A DNA stretch of 64,000 nucleotides from Bacteriovoracia bacterium (GCA_050246755.1 JBFWVL010000001.1:1088001-1152000), one strand, 5' to 3'. Positions 47,921-58,155 are shown, counted from the first letter of the stretch. Notes: a model not told the origin generated them from the sequence alone. Translations and numbers: made by a program.

Positions 47921-49416
47921 CGTTGTCCGATCCACTGGATTTCCGAAAGCCCTAATAGAACATTATACCTTGAAAGATCAATTGACGGCTTAATCCAAAT
48001 GCCCTTTTTTCTATGAATAACCGGCCACACCAAGCCTTGACTAATTAGCTCTTCATTGACCTTCTGTGGAGAAAAGGGTTCTTTAACTAGCTCTTCTCTT
48101 ATCGCACCCGTCTCATCCGGCAGATGAATGCCCTCTCTTGAGAACATCAACCGAATATCTTCAAGCGGCTCTACTGCCAGTACTTCTGTTGCGTAGAAAC
48201 CCACGTCCATCGCAAAATTCTTTTTTTCGAAGTCGGCATCCTTGTCTTGAAATTCAAAAGTAATATTTTTTCTGGGAGTAGAAACAAATCCGATCTCAGC
48301 AATGGCTCGATCTAATGCAACAAGCGCTTTCTCAACTATTCCGCCAACTTCTCTGAAATCACCAAATGATATTTCCTTTCTACCCTTCCAATCGAAGCGA
48401 AGATCCTTGTCAGTCAGCGTCGAATTGACCTCTTCGATACCTTCCATTGTAAGTGGGAAAAATGAATTCACGGTCTTGGATTGATTTTTAGAAAATTTTT
48501 CTAGAAATTTTTGATAAAGAGATCTTCTTATCGAAATATTACTAAGGGGACTGGATCTTAACTTCCACGAATGAACCTTAAAGTAAGAAATGCCTATGGC
48601 CCCCCCGCCATTAAATATATGCGTTTGGGCTGCATCCTGATATGTATCCGCGCCCTCGAAAGCGTCAGCAATTAGATCATTTTGAAAACCAAAAACTAAA
48701 TCTACTTCTTTGAATACCTCTGGATGGACTAGGTCTTTCGGAAAAGAATCCTTTAATTTCAAAATAATTTTATCGGAGCTTACCTCCGCAATCGAATAGG
48801 GACCGGCTCCCAAATACTTTTCCATTGGAATATTTAGCCAGCTACCATCTACGGCACTAAAATTCCTGGGGTCAACGACTGAATAAAGGCCAAAAGCCAC
48901 TGCTTCCATGAAGTTTGGCATTGGTTTAGTAAACTTAAATATAACCTGTCCGGCTCTGCTAGAAACTCCAGAAAACGAAGGGAAGTAAGGCGCCTTGAGC
49001 GAATTTAAGTCGCGAAAATACTCAACGAATCCATTTTTTGAGTTTCGCTTTTTACAAAGAAATATAATTCTCTGAATTGACCGTACAACATCTTCCGAGC
49101 TCAATTTTTTTCCGTCGGAGAAGTATATGTCATCACGAATTTTTATTTGCCATTCCTTATTCGAATCGAGCGACTTCCAACTTTTTGCCAACTGTGGCGT
49201 TATTTTAGAGTCGGCAAAGTTAGAAAATAAACGAATACTGGTGGCACTTTGAATTGGCTGCAGATCTGACAAGTCAAATTCAAGGGGATCTAAGGTGTGA
49301 GGAAATTCGTGCGTCGAGATGATCAACTTACTTGAAGCCTTAGCGGTCGAGCGATAATTCCAAAATCCAATAGCAACTAAGACACCACAAAGTAAAAGGA
49401 GGGCTTTAATTTTCAT
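47917..49416 (-). CDS. Family-5 (OppA/DppA-like) extracellular solute-binding protein
   Basis: Signal/anchor, TLDP, PQLAKSW, FSDGKKL..EDV..S, GAGPY; AT-rich gene. Confidence 0.82.
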   Translation of the reverse strand: MKIKALLLLCGVLVAIGFWNYRSTAKASSKLIISTHEFPHTLDPLEFDLSDLQPIQSATSIRLFSNFADSKITPQLAKSWKSLDSNKEWQIKIRDDIYFSDGKKLSSEDVVRSIQRIIFLCKKRNSKNGFVEYFRDLNSLKAPYFPSFSGVSSRAGQVIFKFTKPMPNFMEAVAFGLYSVVDPRNFSAVDGSWLNIPMEKYLGAGPYSIAEVSSDKIILKLKDSFPKDLVHPEVFKEVDLVFGFQNDLIADAFEGADTYQDAAQTHIFNGGGAIGISYFKVHSWKLRSSPLSNISIRRSLYQKFLEKFSKNQSKTVNSFFPLTMEGIEEVNSTLTDKDLRFDWKGRKEISFGDFREVGGIVEKALVALDRAIAEIGFVSTPRKNITFEFQDKDADFEKKNFAMDVGFYATEVLAVEPLEDIRLMFSREGIHLPDETGAIREELVKEPFSPQKVNEELISQGLVWPVIHRKKGIWIKPSIDLSRYNVLLGLSEIQWIGQR

Positions 49417-49628
49417 TGCTATTACTTTCCTCTGAATGGGTGGCCTTAATAACTGCTTTTAAAATTTCTATTATTGTATGTGCCGCTTTTTATTTCAGCA
49501 AAGAGCAGCTTGAGGTCGCCTGAGTCCGAATAACTTAATAGTAAACTCATTTTTCCGTGTGAAGCACCTCCCCCCGTGTACCCCACAAAACTTCTCATAC
49601 TCAACCCCCCAATTTCCGAAGAGAAAGC

Positions 49629-50426
49629 ATGCTCCAGAGTGAAGCGCGCAACCCTCGCCTGATCACCTACCTCGCGTATGTGATGTGGTCCTTTCCCGTG
49701 AGCTACGTTTTGCTCATGGGCACGTTTTACAATCTGCCTTTCGCGCGCATTATTTCGCTCTTCTTCTCTTTTGTTTACATTGTCCATTCCGTGCTCGCCG
49801 TCTTCATCGGCTTCGCGCTCTACCGCCTTCGCCCCTATGCCTGGCACCTCTACGTTTTCCACACCTTCGTAATGATCGGAGAGCAGTTCTACGTCGGATA
49901 TCGTTTCGCCGAGAACCACGTGGTGGAGATTCCGATCGCGTTCATGTCGGTATCGGCTTTGATCGTGCTTCTTCTGCTAAAACGCGAGCTGCGCGTACCG
50001 TATTTCAGCCCGAAGATCGCCTGGTGGGAGAGCGATCCGCGCTATAAAATTTCCGTGCCCGCGCAGATGACCTGCTCCGACCATTTTTATAAGGGCGACA
50101 TCATGGATATCAGCTCCTCGGGCTGCTTCATCAAAACCAAGGATCCGTTAAAGGTGGATCAGGAAATCAAAATCAAGTTCTCGCTCTTCGATCATAAGTT
50201 CGATTGCTCTGGCCGGGTGGTTTGGAGAACGGAATCGGGTGTTACCCACCCCAAAGGCGTGGGCGTGAGATTCACCGCGCTCGAGAAAAACGTGCATGCA
50301 GATTTGCGGGAAACGGTAAAAAAACTGAAGAACCTTTCGCGCCGGTATCAGAACATCCGCGCCGAAGAGAAGGCCGTTACCATCGAACGTAAGGTAGAAG
50401 CTCTGATCTCGCAGAGAAAAGGTTGA
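49629..50426 (+). CDS. Membrane protein with C-terminal PilZ domain
   Basis: Four TMs then PRY..., DISSSG, GRVVW, GVRF. Confidence 0.8.
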   Translation: MLQSEARNPRLITYLAYVMWSFPVSYVLLMGTFYNLPFARIISLFFSFVYIVHSVLAVFIGFALYRLRPYAWHLYVFHTFVMIGEQFYVGYRFAENHVVEIPIAFMSVSALIVLLLLKRELRVPYFSPKIAWWESDPRYKISVPAQMTCSDHFYKGDIMDISSSGCFIKTKDPLKVDQEIKIKFSLFDHKFDCSGRVVWRTESGVTHPKGVGVRFTALEKNVHADLRETVKKLKNLSRRYQNIRAEEKAVTIERKVEALISQRKG

Positions 50427-50458
50427 TCCAAACCGCGTAATCCATTACGATTTTCCTT

Positions 50459-51208
50459 ATGAAACAACTCTTTACGCTATGCGCCATTGCTTTGCTCTTG
50501 GCCTCCTGCGCCACGGGCGGATCTAAGCTCAAAGAGAAACAGAGCGATATTTACTTCAGCGCCGGCGTGGAGTCGCTGCAAAGGGGCGATTATACCGATG
50601 CCCTGCGGGCCCTTAAAGAATCCGTAAAATTAAACCCAAAATCCGCGGAAGGCTGGAGCAATCTCGGTCTCGCCTACGCTGGAAAAAAAGAATTCGCACG
50701 CGCGGAAAGCAGCTGGAAGAAAACCCTGGACGTGGATTCTAGCTTCACGGATGCACATTTAAATCTCGGCGCGCTCTACATGGAACAGAAACGCTACCCG
50801 TTAGCCGAACAAGAACTCCGTGCCGCCATGAAGGACCTCACCTATGGAAAAAGCTCTCAGGTAAAATTTAATCTTGGCCTGCTCTATTCGAAGCAGGGGA
50901 AAAATCTTCTCGCTCAGCAGTATTTTAAATTAGCCGTAAAAGAAGACGACGGTTTCTGCCCGGCTTGGTTCCAGCTCGCGCAAATCCAGAAGAGCCAGGA
51001 CAATCTCGATGAAGCCGCCAGCTCGTATAAAAAATCCCTTACAGGCCCCTGCTTCAATAACCCGCGGGCACATTACGAGCTTGGTGAAATTTATTTGAAG
51101 GCAAAAGAACCGGCACTGGCTAAATCGAAATTGCTGGAGATCATTCAGTTCTTCCCCTCCACCGACTGGGCGCGGAAGGCCGAGATCACGCTAAACACGA
51201 TTCGCTAA
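50459..51208 (+). CDS. TPR lipoprotein, Tgl/PilF/PilW-like pilotin
   Basis: Lipobox LLASC, serial TPR repeats, location upstream of rodZ as for pilF. Confidence 0.75.
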   Translation: MKQLFTLCAIALLLASCATGGSKLKEKQSDIYFSAGVESLQRGDYTDALRALKESVKLNPKSAEGWSNLGLAYAGKKEFARAESSWKKTLDVDSSFTDAHLNLGALYMEQKRYPLAEQELRAAMKDLTYGKSSQVKFNLGLLYSKQGKNLLAQQYFKLAVKEDDGFCPAWFQLAQIQKSQDNLDEAASSYKKSLTGPCFNNPRAHYELGEIYLKAKEPALAKSKLLEIIQFFPSTDWARKAEITLNTIR

Positions 51209-51244
51209 ATGCGCTAAGAAAAGGAACTGGGCTGAGCCCGAACC

Positions 51245-52354
51245 ATGCAAGAAACCAACGAAAGTTTAGGAGTTTACCTTAAGCGCAGCCGCGAGGGTAA
51301 GAATGTGTCCATCGAACAAGTGGCTTACGCCACCCGCATCAGTCTCAAGATGCTGCGTGCTCTCGAGGACGACGCTCACACCGCGCTGCCCGCCCCCACT
51401 TTCGTGCGCGGCTACCTTCAGGCCTACGCTAAATACATTCGCATCGACACGCAGGATCTCTTGCTGCGCTACCAGCACCACCTCGCTACCAGCCCGGATC
51501 ACAAGCGCAACACGATCCGCTCGCACTACCTTTACGTGCGCGAGCGCTACCAAGAGAAGCGCCGTCTCGTGCTCGTGATCGTGCTCTTCGCCACCATGCT
51601 CTCCGTGGCCGGAACCTATTTCTTGCTTAAGGCGAAGCGTGACCACCATAAGCGCCTGGCCCAGACCACCGCCGAAATTCAGAAGGGCGAAAACAAGAAT
51701 GCGTCTCCTGCGCTTCCATCGGCGTTAGTTCCGCCCACTCCCTCGGAAAAAGTGGCCGAGATATTGGATAAGGATAAGAAAGACGTAAAAACCGAAGCGA
51801 AAGTAGACACGAAAACCGAAACGAAAACGGCCGACGTGATCGCCAAAACTACGCATACCCAGACCGAGGTGAAAACCGCGCCGGCGCCCGTGGTGGCTCC
51901 TCCAACGGCAGCGGCCCCGAAACCAACAACCACTGCTACGGCCACCCAAATGCAGGCCGTTACGGAGACGGCGGCCAAGGTGGCCGATGTAAAAAAGACC
52001 TATAATCTTTTGCTAAAAACAGATCAGGACGTTTGGCTTCGCTTCCAGACCGATCAAGATGGAGTGCGTGATCTTACGCTACGCGCCGGGAAAGCAATTA
52101 TGCTGCATGCCGACAGTGTGATTAAAATTTTCTCGGGCAACCTAGCGGTGATTAAAGGCACGCTGAATGGAGAGGCCATCTCACTCGCGCCAAGTAGCCG
52201 CATTAAGAGCGTGGTGCTTCCTGCTAGTGAAACAGCGAATTATCCTCTCCCCCTCTTCCCTCAATTCCAACCCAAACCCGACGCACCGCGCGCATCGACC
52301 ACACAGGATCAAACCGGTAGCACGACGCCCCCCGCCAACAACGCTGCGCAATAG
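51245..52354 (+). CDS. rodZ: RodZ-like cytoskeletal protein
   Basis: N-terminal HTH with FVRGYLQAYA, single TM, low-complexity T/A/P/K linker, C-terminal DUF4115-like domain. Confidence 0.8.
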   Translation: MQETNESLGVYLKRSREGKNVSIEQVAYATRISLKMLRALEDDAHTALPAPTFVRGYLQAYAKYIRIDTQDLLLRYQHHLATSPDHKRNTIRSHYLYVRERYQEKRRLVLVIVLFATMLSVAGTYFLLKAKRDHHKRLAQTTAEIQKGENKNASPALPSALVPPTPSEKVAEILDKDKKDVKTEAKVDTKTETKTADVIAKTTHTQTEVKTAPAPVVAPPTAAAPKPTTTATATQMQAVTETAAKVADVKKTYNLLLKTDQDVWLRFQTDQDGVRDLTLRAGKAIMLHADSVIKIFSGNLAVIKGTLNGEAISLAPSSRIKSVVLPASETANYPLPLFPQFQPKPDAPRASTTQDQTGSTTPPANNAAQ

Positions 52355-52409
52355 TTCAAAAATATTCTTACACCTGAAGAAGCGCTTGACACTTTCGCCT
52401 TACATTTTT

Positions 52410-52494
52410 TTATCCACAGAATGTAAGAAGTTACCCACACCCGCAACTAGCTGAAATCAGGCAGTTTAAAGACTTTCATCTATTGTTATCCACA
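52410..52494 (+). promoter_or_regulatory. Cluster of co-oriented DnaA boxes with IHF-like site
   Basis: TTATCCACA at 52410-52418 and 52486-52494 (perfect), TTACCCACA at 52431-52439 (one mismatch), AATCAG-GCAG-TTT at 52455-52467. Confidence 0.65.
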
Positions 52495-52520
52495 ATATTT
52501 ATGGGAAATGGGCGCCTCTC

Positions 52521-52665
52521 GTCGACGATTAAATAAAATCCTTATTAGGAATCGGTCAGGACGGCCCGTAGGCCGCGATCACCCCCAAGCACGAATAAAC
52601 CGTATTTATGCATAAATGGAGTGACTAGGTTTATCGACGATAATTCCTCAAGAGATCGACGATAA
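52521..52665 (+). repeat. Three copies of RTCGACGATWA motif
   Basis: GTCGACGATTA at 52521-52531; ATCGACGATAA at 52633-52643 and 52655-52665. Confidence 0.6.
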
Positions 52666-52685
52666 AGCCGTCAAATTTTTGCCGT

Positions 52686-53861
52686 TTAGCGCGCCACCCG
52701 ACGAAGCATCACTACGGCAATTATGAGCAAAAGCAGATTTGCGCTCCACATGCCGACGAAAGCAGGTATTTTTCCGTCGCTGGCGAGGTTATGCCCCACG
52801 GAATAAACGCCCCAGTAAAACAACAAAACTAGAAGGCATATAAGAAAAGAATTTGACCGCACCGTGCGGGTGCGCACCACACCGAAAGCCACGCCCATGA
52901 TGGCGAAAATGAAGCAGGAAAAAGAGAGGGCCATGCGCTTCCAGTACTCTACACCAAAGTTAATATAGTCGAGCCGCTCACTCTCCACGAGGGGAACCCC
53001 CGCCGACATCTTTTGCCGCACTTCTTGCAATCGTTTGCGAAGGACGCCGATGTCCATCGTCTTGGGCACCTCTACCCCCACCACGCGGGCGGTTTCTATC
53101 CGCAAGAAAATATCGTAGACATCGAAATTTGTTTTCTCGTAAAGATTCTTAACGGGATCGGAGCGGTGAAGCGACCCTTCGAATAAGCGCAGGACAAGCC
53201 CCGGAATCCCGTTTTGGTCCTGCAAGTTCGTGAGGATCTCGCCGTTACGAGCCACCACCGTCACGGCGGAATCCTTTTTCCGCTCGTCGTAGATCAAAAC
53301 TTTGCTCATCGTATTTTTCTTCGAATCCACCTGATCGGCGTACAGCACGAGATCGAAAAATCCCTCGGTAAATGTACCCGGGTGGATCGTGGCGATCGCC
53401 TTGGTATTGCTGATCCGGAAAAGCTCGTAACGGAACATGCGGCTGCCGAATGGCACGAAGTAGAAATTACAAAACGTGGTCACGATCGCGAGTACCACCG
53501 AAAAAGACATCACCGGCAGGAGCATGGAATAAACGGAAAGGCCCGCCGCGCGCAAGGCGAGCACCTCGCTGTCTCCCGAGAGACGGCCGAAACCAAGCAG
53601 TACGGCGAGCAGAAAGGCGATTGGCACGATCACGGGCGTAAAAGTGAGGGCGAGGTAGCCAAGCAGGGAAAGAATCGAAAATCCCGAAACGTTATGCACC
53701 ACGAAAAAGTCCGAAAGCCGGATCACCTGGAACATCAGGAGCACAAAGAGAAAGAAAATCACGGCCCCCATAAATGGACGGAAAACTTCCGACAGAATGT
53801 AGCGATAGAACGTCCAGGGAAGACGCATGCCGGGAATTTTTTTTAACAAACGAATGAACAC
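52686..53861 (-). CDS. lptF: LPS export ABC permease LptF/LptG family
   Basis: RYILSE, GRLSGDSEVLALRAAGLS, periplasmic beta-jellyroll region, EYWKRMALSFSC. Confidence 0.85.
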   Translation of the reverse strand: MFIRLLKKIPGMRLPWTFYRYILSEVFRPFMGAVIFFLFVLLMFQVIRLSDFFVVHNVSGFSILSLLGYLALTFTPVIVPIAFLLAVLLGFGRLSGDSEVLALRAAGLSVYSMLLPVMSFSVVLAIVTTFCNFYFVPFGSRMFRYELFRISNTKAIATIHPGTFTEGFFDLVLYADQVDSKKNTMSKVLIYDERKKDSAVTVVARNGEILTNLQDQNGIPGLVLRLFEGSLHRSDPVKNLYEKTNFDVYDIFLRIETARVVGVEVPKTMDIGVLRKRLQEVRQKMSAGVPLVESERLDYINFGVEYWKRMALSFSCFIFAIMGVAFGVVRTRTVRSNSFLICLLVLLFYWGVYSVGHNLASDGKIPAFVGMWSANLLLLIIAVVMLRRVAR

Positions 53862-53890
53862 GGAGCCCCTTCTCGCCGAGCCCCGCCTAG

Positions 53891-55285
53891 CTAATAGGCG
53901 TTCTTGTGAATAAATCCTCTCACCGCGGTGAGAAGGAGAATTTTCACGTCGAAAAATAGGCTCCAGTTACGGATATAGTATAAATCGCATTCGATGCGCT
54001 TTTCGAGGCTCGTGTCGCCTCGCCATCCGTTTATCTGCGCCCAGCCCGTGATACCTGCTTTCACCTTGTGGCGAAGCATGTAGCGGGGTACGTGGCCGCG
54101 GAATTGATACACGAATTCGGGTCGCTCGGGGCGGGGTCCCACCAACGACATATTACCCCTGACCACGTTCCAAAATTGAGGGATCTCGTCGAGGCTGGTG
54201 GAGCGCAGGAGGGCGCCGATCGGAGTGCGGCGATCGTCGTCTTTTTTTGCCCACACCGCACCGGTTTCTTTTTCCGCATCGAGTTTCATCGAACGGAATT
54301 TCCACATCTGAAACGTGGAGCCGTCCATTCCCATTCTTTCCTGGCCATAAAAAATGGGGCCACGGCTCGTGAGCTTCACGAGAAGCGCGATGAAAAGAAA
54401 AACGGGGCTCAGCACGATGAGGGCCGCGGACGCGAGCAAAAAGTCAAAAGCCCGCTTCCAGAAAGCGCCCACCGGATCTATCGGAGATTCGTTCAGCGCA
54501 AGCACCGGCAGGGCATCGAAGTCTTCCACCGTGCAGCCCACCACGATGTATTCGTAAAGATCAGGTACAAGCTGCACATTCTGCACGGCATCGCCTAGGG
54601 CCCGCAGAATTTCGTCTTGGCGCTCGGCTTCGGCACGGGGAAGCGCCACGATAATTTCGTCAATACCCGATAGCTTGGCGGCGATTTCATCGTAGCGGCC
54701 GAGCACCGGGCTGGTGAGAGAAGGATCCGGCATTCCGTCGGCACTCAGAAAGCCCCGGACATGAAAGCCGAGCTCCGGCATACGGCGCATGCGATCTACC
54801 ACCGCACGAGCAGAAACTCCCGTGCCCACCATCAAGACACTGCGGGTCCGAAAGCCCTGGGTGACCAAGTTTCTCAGCACATTGCGCAATACCAGACGGG
54901 AGAGCAGCAAATACACCCCCGCAATACCCGCGAAGTATCCGATCACCACTCGGCTAAAACGGTACTCGGTAAGCACCCAAGCTAGGATCACAAAAATGGC
55001 GAGGGCCACACCATGCGCACGAAGCACATTTCCCAGCTCGGCAGTGCGTCGCGTTATGCGGGTCGAGCTGTACATTCTGAAATAGGAAAACACCGTAATC
55101 CATAAAAGTACCACCACCGGAAGCACAGCCGTTACATAGCTGGAAAAGAGGGGAATGCCTTTAGTAACCGGGACAATTTGTGTATAAAAGCGGAGATAAA
55201 AAGCGAGCAACCAAGCGGCCACCAGTCCGAACGCGTCGGACACGATGAGCAAACTTCCAAACACCTGGTAATACCGCTTTAGCAC
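53891..55285 (-). CDS. Undecaprenyl-phosphate glucose phosphotransferase (WcaJ-like)
   Basis: KRAFD, KFRSM, SLDEIPQ, GPRPERP, RHKVKAGITGWAQING.RGDT. Confidence 0.92.
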   Translation of the reverse strand: MLKRYYQVFGSLLIVSDAFGLVAAWLLAFYLRFYTQIVPVTKGIPLFSSYVTAVLPVVVLLWITVFSYFRMYSSTRITRRTAELGNVLRAHGVALAIFVILAWVLTEYRFSRVVIGYFAGIAGVYLLLSRLVLRNVLRNLVTQGFRTRSVLMVGTGVSARAVVDRMRRMPELGFHVRGFLSADGMPDPSLTSPVLGRYDEIAAKLSGIDEIIVALPRAEAERQDEILRALGDAVQNVQLVPDLYEYIVVGCTVEDFDALPVLALNESPIDPVGAFWKRAFDFLLASAALIVLSPVFLFIALLVKLTSRGPIFYGQERMGMDGSTFQMWKFRSMKLDAEKETGAVWAKKDDDRRTPIGALLRSTSLDEIPQFWNVVRGNMSLVGPRPERPEFVYQFRGHVPRYMLRHKVKAGITGWAQINGWRGDTSLEKRIECDLYYIRNWSLFFDVKILLLTAVRGFIHKNAY

Positions 55286-55332
55286 TTAGACATAGTATTT
55301 TCGGCTACCGCTACAGTCAACGAAAGGACCTC

Positions 55333-56835
55333 ATGAAAATCACCGCGCAAATTTCTTTCAACGATGCCCCGCAAAGCACCCAGGTACTGGGCGTATTCCA
55401 AGCCGACGAGAAGGGTTCCCCCCACTGTTCGCACGAAGAATTCAAAGATTTCCTCGCGAAACTGGCCGCCGAAGACGTTTTCAAAGGCAAAAAAGGCCAA
55501 GTATATTTCCTGCGCGCCATCGACGACGCTTCCCCCAACTTGCTTTTCGCGGGTGTCGGTAAAGCTGAAGACGCCACCGGCGAAACCTACCGTGTGGTAG
55601 GTGCCAATATCGCAAAACGCCTGGAAGGTGAAAAAGTGAAGGCTGCCGCACTGGATCTCGCCTCTTTTGCGCGCAAAGGCCTCAAAGGCTTCAACGCGGA
55701 AAAAATTGCGTCCTGCCTCGCCGAAGGCGCCCTCATGGCCGCCTACACTTTCGACAACTACAAATCCGAGAAATCGAAACCTTCTCTGGGCGAGATTGCT
55801 TTTTTCGCCGCCGACCGCAAGCAAATATCGGCGGTGGAGAACGCCATAGAAAATGCGACGGCCGTGAATGACGCGATCACCATCGCCCGCGATCTTTCCA
55901 ACGAGCCCGGCTCACATCTCTATCCGATGGAGCTCGCCAAGCGTGCCCAAGCTTTTGCAAAAGAATACGGCTTGAGCGCGAAAGTGCTCGATTTCAAAGC
56001 CTGCCAAAAAGAGAAAATGGGCGGGCTCGTGGGCGTGGGCCAAGGGTCTGCGCATCTTCCCTGCATGATCGTGCTAGAGTACAAACCCAAGAAGCCGGCC
56101 AAAAAAATGAAGACCATCGCCTTCGTGGGCAAAGCGGTAACGTTCGACTCCGGCGGTATCTCGATTAAACCCGGCGCCAGCATGGAAGACATGAAGCACG
56201 ACATGAGCGGGGGCGCGAACGTAATTGCCGCCACTCTCCTCGCGGCACGCCTGAAACTCGGCCACCACATCGTGTGCGTGGTTCCCGCTGCAGAAAATAT
56301 GCCGGATGGAAACTCCTTTATCCCTTCGGCCGTGCTCACCGCGCGCTCGGGCAAAACGATCGAAGTGCAGAATACGGATGCCGAAGGCCGCTTGATCCTT
56401 GCCGATGCTCTCGACTACGCCCAAGATTATAGCCCCGATATGATTATCGATCTCGCCACCCTCACGGGCGCCGTGGTGATGGCCCTCTCGAATGTGGCCG
56501 CCGGAATCATGGGCAACGATGAAGCACTGATGAAGCGCTTCAAGGCGGCTGCCGCCGCCAGCGAAGAACGCTACGTGGAACTCCCGATCTTCCAGGAATA
56601 CATCGACGACATTAAGAGCAAGATCGCCGACATCAAGAATATGGGCGGCGACCGCGGCGCCGGCTCGCAGAAGGCGGGAGCTTTCCTGAAAGAATTCATC
56701 CGTAAGGGTAACAAATGGCTGCATGTGGATATCGCGGGCACCGCATGGGCCGCCGGTAAAGTTGCCTACAACCCTTCGCATGGGGCCACTGGCCACACCG
56801 TGCGCACGCTCGTGCAACTTGTTAGCGATCTCTAA
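55333..56835 (+). CDS. pepA: Leucyl aminopeptidase (M17)
   Basis: [31 protein letters not shown]. Confidence 0.95.
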   Translation: MKITAQISFNDAPQSTQVLGVFQADEKGSPHCSHEEFKDFLAKLAAEDVFKGKKGQVYFLRAIDDASPNLLFAGVGKAEDATGETYRVVGANIAKRLEGEKVKAAALDLASFARKGLKGFNAEKIASCLAEGALMAAYTFDNYKSEKSKPSLGEIAFFAADRKQISAVENAIENATAVNDAITIARDLSNEPGSHLYPMELAKRAQAFAKEYGLSAKVLDFKACQKEKMGGLVGVGQGSAHLPCMIVLEYKPKKPAKKMKTIAFVGKAVTFDSGGISIKPGASMEDMKHDMSGGANVIAATLLAARLKLGHHIVCVVPAAENMPDGNSFIPSAVLTARSGKTIEVQNTDAEGRLILADALDYAQDYSPDMIIDLATLTGAVVMALSNVAAGIMGNDEALMKRFKAAAAASEERYVELPIFQEYIDDIKSKIADIKNMGGDRGAGSQKAGAFLKEFIRKGNKWLHVDIAGTAWAAGKVAYNPSHGATGHTVRTLVQLVSDL

Positions 56836-56846
56836 GGGGTGGTGAA

Positions 56847-58154
56847 ATGGAAAAAGTAGTTCGCATCGACGATATCGCCAAGCACGTTGGTTCCGTGGTG
56901 ACCATTCGCGGCTGGCTCTATAACCACCGCTCTTCGGGAAAGATTCGTTTCCTCGAATTGCGGGATGGTTCTGCTACCACGCTGCAAGTGGTGGTGGCCA
57001 ACGGCACCGCCGACGAAGCGAGCTTCCATACTTCTGGCGAGCTCACGCAAGAAAGTTCCATGATCGTAACCGGCCTCGCAAAGGCGCACCCAAAGAAGCC
57101 AGGCGTATTCGAGATGGACGCCCATAAAGTGGAACTGGTGCAAAAAGCCGAGATCAATTACCCAATCTCGCATAAAGAACACGGCCCCGAACACCTCATG
57201 CAGTTCCGTCATCTATGGTTACGTACGCCTCGCCAGGTGGCTATCGCCCGCACCCGCGCGCGCATCGTGAAATCCATCCGGGATTTTTTCGACAGCCGTG
57301 AATTCGTGCTCATGGATGCACCGATCCTCACCCCTAGCGCCTGCGAAGGCACTTCGACCCTTTTCGAAACCGATTATTTCGACGAAAAAGCTTTTCTCAC
57401 TCAGAGTGGGCAGCTCTACGGTGAAGTGGGCGCGATGGCTTTTGGCAAAACGTACGTGTTCGGACCCACTTTCCGTGCCGAAAAATCTAAAACTCGCAAA
57501 CACCTTACCGAATTCTGGATGGTAGAGCCCGAGATCGCATTTTGGAGCCTCGAAGAGAACATGACCCTCGGGGAAGAACTCGTGACCACCATCATGAAAG
57601 ACGTCATGAAGGATAGAGCGGGCGAACTAAAAACCCTCGGTCGCGACCTGGCCGCCCTGGAAGCTATCGCCGCTGGCAACTTCCCTCGCGTGCACTACAA
57701 CGACTGCATCGAGATGTTGCAGAAAGAGGGAATGAGCGTGAAATGGGGCGACGATTTCGGTGCTCCCGAAGAAACCAAGATCGGCGATCTCTTCGGCGGC
57801 AAGCCAGTTTGGATCCACCATTTCCCGAAAGATATTAAGAGTTTTTACTTCAAGCGCGATCCCCAAGATCCGCGCTACGCCCTCGGCTGCGATCTGATCG
57901 CACCTCACGGCTGGGGCGAGATGATCGGCGGCGGAATCCGGGAAGAGGACTATGAGACCCTCAAAGCCGCAGTGATCAGCCATAAACTCAATCTAGAAGA
58001 CTACCAGTGGTACCTCGACCTGCGCCGCTACGGCTCCGTGCCCCACGGTGGCTTCGGGCTCGGCTTAGAGCGCACCGTTTCCTGGGTTTGCGGCCTAGAT
58101 CACGTACGGGAGACCATCGCCTTCCCCCGCATGCTGAACTACCTGCGCCCGTAG
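56847..58154 (+). CDS. asnS: Asparagine--tRNA ligase
   Basis: OB-fold N-terminus, [48 protein letters not shown]. Confidence 0.95.
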   Translation: MEKVVRIDDIAKHVGSVVTIRGWLYNHRSSGKIRFLELRDGSATTLQVVVANGTADEASFHTSGELTQESSMIVTGLAKAHPKKPGVFEMDAHKVELVQKAEINYPISHKEHGPEHLMQFRHLWLRTPRQVAIARTRARIVKSIRDFFDSREFVLMDAPILTPSACEGTSTLFETDYFDEKAFLTQSGQLYGEVGAMAFGKTYVFGPTFRAEKSKTRKHLTEFWMVEPEIAFWSLEENMTLGEELVTTIMKDVMKDRAGELKTLGRDLAALEAIAAGNFPRVHYNDCIEMLQKEGMSVKWGDDFGAPEETKIGDLFGGKPVWIHHFPKDIKSFYFKRDPQDPRYALGCDLIAPHGWGEMIGGGIREEDYETLKAAVISHKLNLEDYQWYLDLRRYGSVPHGGFGLGLERTVSWVCGLDHVRETIAFPRMLNYLRP

Positions 58155-58155
58155 T

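Noticed and set aside
51760-51990. Repetitive KTE/TA/P-rich stretch as a tandem repeat element
   Set aside because: It is the ordinary low-complexity periplasmic linker of RodZ.
52386-52414. Sigma-70 promoter from TTGACA at 52386
   Set aside because: No acceptable -10 hexamer at 16-18 bp spacing and no downstream gene on that strand.
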